Assembly: GCF_022539665.2 (NCBI RefSeq)
Contig: NC_081334.1
Span: 372,001-436,000, forward strand
Reading direction: 5' to 3'
Source: Daphnia carinata
Lineage: Eukaryota
Length of the DNA stretch: 64,000 nucleotides
The translations under genes were made by a program, and so were the position numbers. Shown here piece by piece: positions 38,346 through 48,523 of the stretch. How positions within the stretch are numbered: the first letter of the stretch is position 1; each line of letters opens with the position of its first letter. A model generated the notes under the pieces. It was not told where the DNA came from, ran no database searches, and saw only the letters and a program-made list of their open reading frames with translations.

Positions 38346-39368
38346 CTGCCCCGCCTTAGCCCTTTTCCCCGTTTTTTTTTTTTTTTTCCCGGCGTCTCTC
38401 CTTCGTTATGCTTCCCCCGATTGCCCTACGGTCGGAGCCGTGACCCCATACCCCAACAATTTAAGGTGCTAAGACCAGTTGGGTCGTCGACTCTCAGGGG
38501 TCCCTGACAGCCACCGCCTCCGTAGCACAGAATCGAACAGAAACATAACCACAAAAGAGACTTACCAGAGGTTCTGCATCTCCACCATGTAACAGTATGT
38601 TGTATTGACGGTTCACAAGACTAAGACTGAACCCCGATACACGACCACGGGGGGACTATATAAGGGGGAAAACATTGACGTCACACGTCCGGTAGCATTG
38701 CATACTAACCGGATCACATAACGTGGTCATTGACCACGTGACAATATTACTCAAAACTGTTTATCACTGAGGTTGGTTTTTATTGGTTGGTTGTTGAAAA
38801 ACAGTGTTTCTTGTTCGTTGCATACATTACCATTTGCACAAAGCCAATAAACTTTCAAGAAACCTATTTCACGAACTGTAAGGTAATTAAACACCAAAAT
38901 GATTTCACCATACTGCTTTGCTTCTTCGTGATTTGCGGTACGTAATTTTACGTACGTATTTTATTAATTACGTAATTTTTTCCTGTTTATTGCTGGTGGT
39001 TTCATATTTACATTGCGCTCAGGGGCCAACTACTTTATTTTATTCTTCCAACCAATTTCAAGAGCATTACCCGCTTCAGCATTACGGTACGATAATCCTC
39101 CAATTTTCAGTGTCATATTACTTGTTTTGGTGGGTTTTCGTTGAAAGATAAACATAACGTTTTTCCTAGACATTCGTCGCTGTATGCATACTTTCGTCGG
39201 CAGTTCCCATGAATAAACGAAAGGTTAAAGATTTCGTTGGTCCGAGACAAAGAGCCCGTAGAATTCGTAGAGTTGTTGATGAACAACTAAATGGAAATGA
39301 CTGTGTTACTTGTGACAACGAGGAAGTTGGTAATTTACTGGAAGAAACACCAATCAACTACATACTTA

Positions 39369-40054
39369 TGTAACGAAGTCATCAAAATACAACATTTAAT
39401 TATATTTTAACTTGTTTGTTTGTTTTCTTTCTATTCAAATTATATATTATGTTTGTTGTCCGTTTTTATAAAAGTATACCTTATAAATATAATAATTCAA
39501 GTGTCATTTCCTTGAATTCTATTTTTATATTATACTTTACATCTTACTTGTTGCTGATTGGATGAGCTTCATGCGTAGAACATCGCGCCATACATTTCCG
39601 TGAATATGAAATGTTGCTGCGTGAGATATTCAATAACTTATATCCGGAGCTCATCTGTCGGAAATGCTATGTTTCCCTCGAACCTGTAAAATCTATAAAA
39701 GGATGCCCTTTTGTTCCCAAAAGTTAGTTCTCACTAGTTCTTGTTCCTGCTCTTGTTCCAGCTTCAGTTTTAGTTCTCTACAAGTGTTGTTCATTTCATC
39801 AAATTTAGTGAGTGCAATTTCTATCTTTCCCAATAACTATTGTGAGTGTTATTCATCGCTTATTGTGCGACTAACAGCTCTGTATCTTTATTTTTCCTTA
39901 CAACATTTATCATCTTTATTCCATCTTCGCCACGGCAGTGACGGTAAGACTAAATTCGCGTAACTCTATTTCTTACTTCTGTTTCCCATTTATGCCCTAT
40001 AGTTGTGTATTCCTGTCTATTCGTTTGGCCTATTAGAACAAAATATATTCGACA
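39369..40054 (+). repeat. LTR-like sequence, same family as 1760-2162
   Basis: Starts TGTAACGAAG, has TATAAAA at about 39694, and probably ends ...TTCGACA followed by TTGTGG. No TSD confirmed. Confidence 0.6.
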
Positions 40055-41193
40055 TTGTGGTAACGCCTCCCGAGTTCATTTTATTACTATTTGTCTTAAT
40101 AACGTGAAGTCATTCTTTCCCACAGAAGAATGCTTTACACTTAGAAGGTGTTGATGGCGGTTTGAGTGTTGTATAGCGACAGCAATTATTTAGAAAACGA
40201 ATCGCGCATTGGGAAGTAGTAGAACTGATTCATATCTTTCTTTCCTCCCCAAGAATTATATAACGCTGTTAGGCACACCCCGTAAGGTAAACACGTTGCC
40301 GCCCTGTCTATAGACGTCTTAAAGACACTTCATCTGATCCCGTTATTCTCTTGAACAATTGTCCTAAGATAGTCTGATCTTGGACGTCTTACGAATATCT
40401 TATTTTAATCGTAGTGCTCAAGTCCCGGGTTAGTCTTTCCGGGGACATCCTTAAGACATCTTTTTTTAGCTCACAAATCGCCCTGTCCTTAATTAAACCT
40501 GTCTTGACATCTTAAAGACGTTACTATTTAGTGTTCGAATTTCCTTGACCTAAGGAACTCCTGACCAGATATCTTTGATACATCCTTTTTTGGACAGAGA
40601 TATCTTTGTACCAAAGTAGGCCTGACCGGACATCTTTTAGACCTCTTGTTTTAGTCTGGGATGTCTTTGGGGACTATGGGACATCCTTGGCATATCTTAC
40701 AGTCAACCCGGTGCTATGTGGGTTGCCAATTTTTTTTAGCAAGTTTGAAAATTTCGAGGAATTTCTTCAAGGCCATTAAATAATTTTGCAAATTTTATAG
40801 TTAAGGAAACATGGGACCTAAAGTATCGAGGATACATCATGTTTACATACTTAGAAGCCACCTTCACGCTTACTGGGAAACACGTCCGGCAAGATGGCGT
40901 CAAAATATTAGCTATGATGTCACCAACTTTAAGGTGCGCGTTTCGTTACCTCAGGGCTAATGAACTAAGAGTGGCCTTGCTGTCATATAAAATGAAAGGA
41001 CAAAAAATTTAAATTCAGGTAGGGATTTACTTGTGTTGGAAATGTTGCCCTCTGCTGTCTTTGTTTCAAGTGCTGTCATCTTGTGTGAGACTTTGTTTGT
41101 ATGCTTGTCTTTCCTTACTGTTACGTTTCCACCCCTAGAGGTCAGGTCGAACCTTAGTCGACCTCTGGTCCAGCCATTCCACTTCTAGGGATA

Positions 41194-42075
41194 TTACCCT
41201 ATTTAGGGGGATTTAAGGAAAATTTTTGGAATCTAGGGTGTAGTTTTGGAAATCTAGGGTTTCAGGGATTGTCCAGGGCCTATTTAATTTTCTGGGGATT
41301 TCTGGGGATTTTGAGATTTTTGACCCATCCGCTGTTGCCTTTGGCGCCTCTATGCAACTTCAAAAGTAAAATGTTCCTCAATAAGAGCCACCAAGCGGGC
41401 TGGGTTGAACGGTTCGCTTTTCAGAAAGTAACAGCTGGTCATGGTGTACTAGCATGGTGTAACAACTCCTTGTTATAACGGCCTATCTCGGCTGAAGCCT
41501 GTTTGGGGTCTAGGTTATATATTGTCAGAGACGCCTAGTGGCCGATATTGAAGTAAACAAGGGGACGTGTCCCCTTATCCCATTAACCTACCTGTTACAT
41601 ATCAAAATTAACTTCTAACCTTTGTGTAGTTATATTATCGTATTTTTATGTTTAGTTCGTATAAAATGTGGAAGAAGTGGAAAAAAATCTTGTTTGTACT
41701 TGTTGTTTGTACGCGCCGCGCGTGGCCAGTTTACGTTAGGAAAGGAGAAAAAAGAAAGATTTACACTGGGTTCGAACTCGAGACTCCCGTACTGTAATCG
41801 AGTGTTCTATCCATTAGACCACTGAATTTGTGATTAATGTCTTACCGCGATACTAGTATATCTTCTCCGTACTTCTAAGTAGTTCCGATGGTGGCGTTAG
41901 CTATATCTAACCTCAGTTAGGCCACACCCACCTCCTCTGAAACAGGCTTCATTCGAGATAGGCCTTAAAATGGAGAGTTGTTACACCATGCTAGTACACC
42001 ATGAGCTGGTAACAGGGATTTTTCTGGGGATTTTATTTTTTTTAAATAGGGATTTGTGTCCCCAGTCTGGCAACG
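41194..42075. mobile_element. GGGATT-repeat non-autonomous DNA element ending CTGGCAACG, hosting the P-like MITE
   Basis: GGG(G)ATTT subterminal repeats lie on both sides of the nested MITE. The direct repeat TTCTAGGGATA occurs at 41183-41193 and 42076-42086. Confidence 0.45.
41440..42003. mobile_element. P-superfamily-like MITE, 564 bp, with 29-bp perfect TIRs and 7-bp TSD AGCTGGT
   Basis: CATGGTGTACTAGCATGGTGTAACAACTC at 41440 and its reverse complement ending at 42003. AGCTGGT at 41433-41439 and 42004-42010. Additional subterminal inverted repeat GGCCTATCTCG..TGAAGCCTGTTT. Confidence 0.88.
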
Positions 42076-43906
42076 TTCTAGGGATACCACTTTGCGGAAA
42101 GTGGAAATACTGCTCTGGTCTCTCTTTTATTTAGACGGGGAGTCGGGATTTGGCCCGATGTGACGCTAAAAGGGGGCTCTGCTGTTAGCTGGCCGCCCTC
42201 ACGTGAGTCCTTAAGAAGGAGCTCTGCGTTACTGCGGGCTTCCCTTCGCGAGTGTGTGTAAATAGTATATGTGTATGTATTTTGTATGTCTTTGTTGTAA
42301 TTTCTCTGTGTCATGGTATGAGTAAATGAAGAAACTGCAACACTTGAGAACTTGAACCTGCTTGACATTCAAGTGCAGTAGTATAGACTGAATTTTAAAA
42401 ATGATCTTATTCCAGCTAACTACAGCGACATAATGCTGTTGCCTTCTGTGTCTTTTAATTTTTAGTTTCGGGGAAAATGCAATTTTAAAGTTTCGCCCCC
42501 GGGGCACCGCAAAAAGGCGATCGTTTCGGGGTGGGTGGCCTTTGCAAGCGGGGCGAGTTTTCGGGATATGGCGGGAACCCCGCTATTTTTTAAAATTCTT
42601 TTATCGTGGAAAAATGTCCAATTAACCGAATCAACAGAACAAAGGTACCACCAATACGAAGTATAAAGTAATCTACAACAATTATAAAATTAAATTTATT
42701 TTTTCTTATGGTTAAAAAAACTATATTGTTTTACAACCTGGCAAATAAAACTCATTTGGGAACCAACGAAGTGTATCTCACAATGTTTTAACAGGTATTG
42801 CAACATTAATTGCTGTGTGGAAGGAACGCTAAAAGTATTTAGAAAACAAAGTAAGTTGGGCGTCCATAGCCTAGTGGTTATGGCGTCTATTGATCATCAA
42901 TGACCCTAGATAAGGCTTAGACGGATTGAAGTAATGTACATGGGAACATGGGACATGGAGCCTGAACTTGGGGCGCGAATCTGCGGTCGATGATCAACTT
43001 TTGCAAAATTACCACCACTTGAGAAATAAAATAAAACTAACTAGTAACTTTTGGGCCCGTCCAGGGCCGGGGCCAAGGGGACGAGTGCCAACAAATGTGT
43101 AGTGACATTGTTTAACACCAGCATTCTAGAAGAAACAATAAATATAGAAATAGCGACCTTGTTTGAAGTTAAGTTTATTATGTAGGCTAAATGAACGCAA
43201 ACAGGCAGTTTGACATGATCATTTTTTTTGCCCAGTCAAAGCCCAATTCATAAAATTAAAAAAATCAAAAATCATGTTCAAACTTCGACAGGCCACTACA
43301 ACAGGCGTTTTGACGGGCGGAGACAGTGAGAGGGTCGGCAGGCAAAGAAAATGGGGAGGGAGGGTCTTAATTCGCAAAAAGATTTTTAAAGAGTAGAAGG
43401 GCAAAAAATGGCGTGGATCGATTTGCTAAAAAAAGCGTTAAAATACGCTAGCACCACGTATCCCCGGTGTTCAGTTACTAATTATTACAAGTTAAATGAA
43501 GACAAGAAGTAGAGCTGGCTAACTACTTTACCCACGATTGTCAAAATACCGCATGTCAAAATATCCCATAATCGTTGCTTTGGGAAAGCTTTAGAAGAAG
43601 ATAAGTGCAGTTACGAACAGGAATAACTACGCACTCCAGCTGATCATGCAATCACCAAAGCAGGTAATTTGTGTCGCGGTCGTTTTGTGATGTGAATCGA
43701 CGGGTGTTATTGTAGTAGCAGTACTTCTTGTTTGTAAATTTTATATGAGGCGTGATTAACTCACATCCCATTTCTTGCCCTGGGTATTTGGCTTAAAAAT
43801 TTGTCTGAATAAATGTGTTTTATTTAATTATGTTAATTATACCGAATAGTCTTATTTTTTGGTTGCCATTTAGTTATTAGTGCTGTCTCGAAATATTATT
43901 AGCGCG

Positions 43907-45061
43907 TCACGCTGTCTTTGTGACTACTCTTTTAGCTTTTACAGAAAAGCCAACGTCAATTTGTTCGTAGCATCTTTCCCGAGTATCTGCTCCCGTTTCA
44001 ATATCCAATCCATCCGGTTCCATTTTTATGACAACACGGACATCATCGGTGGTTGAAGGTTCAATATATAGTTCCGTTTGATTCCTAGCCTCTTCGCATG
44101 ATAGTTCACCATGGTTATCCTCTCGACTTCTTGTTTCTACAAAATCATTTTACCATCGGTCATTTAAAGAAATCATGAAACTTTCAGCTAAACGTACGAA
44201 CAAAAAAAAAAATAGAGGACTTACCGTTTCTATAGTTGGAAAATTCTATTGTTTCAACTTCAAGCATCCCACCTAATACGTCATCGCTCGCACTTCCTTC
44301 TGGATTGGATGGTACACCTGAAGGCAATGTGAGAACAGAAGGGTCCAAATTCTCCCCCGAATTAGTGTCGAAGGGAACGTTCATTGGCTGGGGTTGAACA
44401 TTCTGCACCCATTCTAAAGGTAGTTCTGTATTCGGCTGCACGTTTGAGTTTAAAAGCTGGTTTATCTCATCTTCCTCTCGCCAATAAGGATTGTAAGGAG
44501 GATCTCTTTCCGCATTCTCTGAAATAGCTAGAAACAATAAAAACAACTGATGATCATGGAAAACCAAGAATTCATTTTTAACGATGACGTTGATAATATA
44601 TCTGAGACGTCACATGAATTCGCTGACTTTGTGCATATAGTACCTTTGCGCTTGATGTAAAAGCTGCCCCTGACGAACAATGCCAAGGTAACAACGATAA
44701 GCGTCCCAGTGAGCCATTTGCTTATGGTGAAAGGCTCGGTGAGGCTCGACTGAGTGGTTGCTGGAATAAAGTTTTCAGATTTTTTACACCGGAAGGCGTG
44801 GCGCATGCCTACCAGTTCTTCAGCAACAGTTCTAACCCAAAAAGTAATAGTGTTTAAAGGTCAATTAGTAGCATCTGTACAGAGAGATGTAAATTGAAGC
44901 GAATACCCGGGAATACACGAGCCGCAGTCTTCTTCACGTTTAGCACAACCGCCGGAATGAGGCGGTTGCCGTAGGAATTTTTCACAAGGAATGCAGTGTC
45001 CGTCACAAAAGCCATCAAGGCAGTAGGTGCCCGGCGTCAAGCACTCTGAATCCTTGCGACA
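43907..45061 (-). CDS. TNF-receptor-like single-pass membrane protein (exons 45061-44907, 44831-44644, 44527-44225, 44136-43907; first exon unresolved)
   Basis: The exons splice in frame. Cys-rich CRKDSECLTPGTYCLDGFCDGHCIPCEKFLRQ...CAKREEDCGSCIPG, then TM segment WLTGTLIVVTLALFVRGSFYI followed by KRK, then an acidic, Pro-rich tail with no death domain seen. Confidence 0.7.
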
Positions 45062-45329
45062 CTTTTTTGCAAAAAAAAAAAAATCAGTATTCCATTGTTA
45101 CATTTTAAAATGACCGAGCAAAATTTTCTAAGCATTTCTTCTTGTAAAACGGGAAAATGGATTCTGTTTTTATCTGATCTGTTATCGCTTTTTAAAGACA
45201 ATGACAAATGCAATATCATGCACTGTTGCCATACTTGTCTCTATTTCGTGTTATCACAGAAAGTTCGAGAAAAGATTATTCCAAGAATCAAGAAAATGGC
45301 AGCCATTTTTTATGTAATTGCACGCAGAA

Positions 45330-46382
45330 TTATTGCAGAACTACTATGCGAAAAAAACGTTTAAACACAATGTGTTCTTTACAACCACGTTTAACGTGCA
45401 AGAATTTTTAGTGATGCTACTTTTAACGAAGAATTGTCAGTTAACTTACAGTTTTCAACCCCTGGCCGAATGGGAAGAGCACTACAAGGAAACAAATCCA
45501 AGGCAGTAGGGAAGAACGAATCTTCTGCGTAATTTGCATTCCCTTCTGTACTTTCTAACAGATGACGTTAATAAAACAAATATGTTTATGACGTCATTTT
45601 TGAATTTAGGAATACATTTTTACCATCGTGCTATGCATTACTGTTTTCCGAAGACTCGTTTCGTCGATTACACGCCCTTTCGTTCTGTAGCTCTATTATA
45701 CAGCATTAATCTAACGTATCTTCACGGTTGTGACATAATCGCGTGATCATATCTTGACCAATCATCATCAATTGTCCAATCATGCACTGGCATATTTTCG
45801 TAATCTGGGACTTTCATAAAGTTGAAAGGTCTTCTGCATAGAAAGTACTGGAAGAAATTCTACAATAACCAAAGAAATTTACTGCTACCTGGTTGTACAG
45901 TGTATTAAAATCCTTAATATTTTTTGAGAGGATATTCGGAGCGAGCTCGAGGGCGAAAAACCTTTGCTCTAGCCTACCATTAAAATTCTAACTGTGTTAT
46001 GATATCTGAAAGAAGACGATCTTATTTCACACGCTGATTTCTCTCTTTAATGGGTAATGAAGAGTAATATGCATGTATTATTGGTAGAGAATTATTATCC
46101 CCTAAAACATTAAAGCACAACCGTGTTCTTTACGATCGCTTTTAACGTGCAGAACTTCTAGTGAAGCTACTTTTAACGACGAACATAAATGACAATTGCC
46201 ATTTAACTTACAGTTACTAACATCCCGGCCGAACGGTAAGTGCTACCCTAGGAAACAAATTCAAAGCACTACAGAAGAACAATTCTTCTGTTCGGTTTGT
46301 ATTTCGTCCTGTACATTCAAATAACAGATGATATTAATAAACGTATGGATGATTTTTGGATTTAGGAATAAATTTTTACCTT
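45330..46382 (+). repeat. Diverged direct duplication (about 45350-45625 versus 46105-46380)
   Basis: Shared blocks GTGTTCTTTAC, TTTAACGTGC, GCTACTTTTAACGA, TTAACTTACAGTT, GGAAACAAAT, ACAGATGA and ATTTAGGAATA in the same order. Confidence 0.75.
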
Positions 46383-48523
46383 CTCTCTAAGGATGAATGC
46401 ACCTTAGCGACTCCTTGCTTTTTCCACTAGCACCGTTTTATTACCATCGGTCACCTAATCATTTCAAAATGGCTCATTTAAGATAAAGCGATGTATTAGT
46501 CAAGCCACCTCGCGTGATCTTATCTCGTAAAGATCTACACTGGCCTTGTAACACACTTAGTATAGGCTATACGATACAAATAAGGTAGTGGTAATGAATC
46601 TTATAAAAGAAACAAAATATTCATACGAATCGTTTATAAAAAATACTGATGGAAACTCAAAACAAAATATTCATAAAAATTACTCTGAACAGAAGAATCG
46701 TTTATAAAAAATATCAACAAAAGCTCAACATCTAACACTCAATTTTGAATAATTGCTCGGAGCTTATAAATATTCCCCAAACGTTCTACATAAATTACAC
46801 AATGGGCCACAGATAGAACACAACCACTACGTGCACTACCAGTAGTTTGTTAGTACTCAACACACACCAAACACCATATAAACCTACGCCGCATCCCATC
46901 TAACACTCAACTGAACTAACCCCAAACGTTCTACATAAATTACACAAAGGGTAGAAACTACGTGCTTAGTAGGCTACGTTTTAGTCTAGCAACATAACAA
47001 GGTTTTCCACGAAATGAACTCAAGAATCCATTTCGTCGTCAACCTTACCAGCAGAACTCTAATAATCAAGCACTACAACATTACGATTGTTACAATATTC
47101 TTTAGTCATAATAACCCTTTTAGAGCTTCATCTAGAATCCCTACCAATATATTCCAACTAGTCTCCTAAAAGTTTTCGGAAAAAGAACGTCTAAGCAAAA
47201 AATAGACTTGTTTGGTTATATTGTTCGGTTAAGGGCGTCGTATGAAACTATATGTTATCTCGTCGCCAAAGGTTAGACTAAGTTGCTCTCATATCTCATA
47301 TTAGTTTACTGCGAGTTACGGTATGTGAATTTTGTGTACGTTATAAACAGCAGATGATCCAGTTCGATGAAACAAAGCGGCCAAGCCTATTGAAAGTCCT
47401 CAAGCATGAATTTTTCCAACCACCAAATAAGGAAGACTATCCGATATACGATTCTAATATGCCAGGCCTTTGTGTTATTTTTAATCAGAAAAAATTCGAC
47501 GACTATTGCGAGGTTTTTCATAATTCATTTTCATCTTGGACGAGAGAATTTAAATATCCATTTTTTTTTACCATAGCTTTCGCGCCGGTATGGAACTGAA
47601 CATGATGTGACAAGCTTAAACGGCATTTTCTTTAAATTGGGTTTTGAAGTTGTTGTTCATCACGATTTAATTGTCGTACGATATCGAAGGCGAGATGGAA
47701 AAACTGGCAGCTAGAGATTTCTCGGATTATGGCTGCCTAGTTGTTTGTCTCTTGTCCCACGGCATAGAGAACGCTATTGTCGGCTTTGATGGACTTTACG
47801 TCAATATTAACGAGCTCAAGTACAAGTTTTCTTATGACCGTTGCCCTAGCCTGTACGGCAAACCAAAAGTCTTCATCGTTCAAGCGTGCCAAGAAGAACT
47901 GAAACAGAATCGAACACAGGTCGTACACTAGCCTTCCCATTCTGGGGAGGCTATTAGAGTACGATATCCATTTTGGTACAAGTATTTTCAATATTCATCA
48001 TAGTACAGTTAACGACGCAAATGCAATATGTCGTAGCTAGCATTTAACTCTGGTGATGCATTTAGGATAACAATATACAGTACATTTTTAAATTTCTTAT
48101 TTATAGCTAAAGAAAACAAACCATCCACCGTGCAGCTGAGTTCTGAACCCACTGGTATCAAGAACATGTGCTATTGCCTGACATGCTTCAACGACGAACA
48201 AAACAAGATCAAAGGGAATCCACCGATTATGGATTTTATAACCATTAAATCCACTATTCCGGGATTCGTTTCCTTACTGAATGCTTGTACTGGCAAGGGT
48301 TATATAGATTGTGTAGCGAAAAACATTTCGCTAGACCCTAAGGGTGTAGACACATTTATTTTAGCTAAACTTCAAAGAGAAAAAGAAAAAACCAAAGAAA
48401 ATCCAAAGAAAAGGGAAAACTCCCCCTTTTTTTTTTTTTTTTTTTTCTTTCTCCCTCTTCCCCCTGCACGCGGCCTAAGCCGCCCATACACCTCAGACAT
48501 ATTTTAGCTCTCGTTCTGTAAAG

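Larger units (their letters stand above)
36653..38743 (-). mobile_element. Gag-only, non-autonomous LTR retrotransposon (2091 bp) with ATAT TSD
   Basis: 156-bp LTRs at 36653-36808 and 38588-38743 with 4 mismatches. PBS TGGTGGAGATGC (tRNA-Ala-like), PPT AGAGGGGGGA, ATAT at both flanks. The only long ORF is gag. Confidence 0.95.
35400..40722 (-). mobile_element. Second, degenerate CMC/EnSpm element carrying nested LTR insertions
   Basis: ORFs 35902-36114 (LVVAENWIQNDILYLP) and 35451-35897 (SYEEARRNL) resemble the accessory-gene exons at 25258-25560. The 5' end CCCACATAGCAC is at 40722, with GACGTCTT/GACATCC subterminal repeats at 40310-40700. Confidence 0.6.

Noticed and set aside
42159..42367. 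Possible solo LTR (TGTGAC...TTGACA)
   Set aside because: No TSD and no second copy in the window.
48130..48507. 125-aa ORF, and ORFs 52698-53066 and 53448-53849 that share peptides with it
   Set aside because: These are read-through of a caspase exon into the DIRS ITR, and translations of the ITR and ICR repeats.
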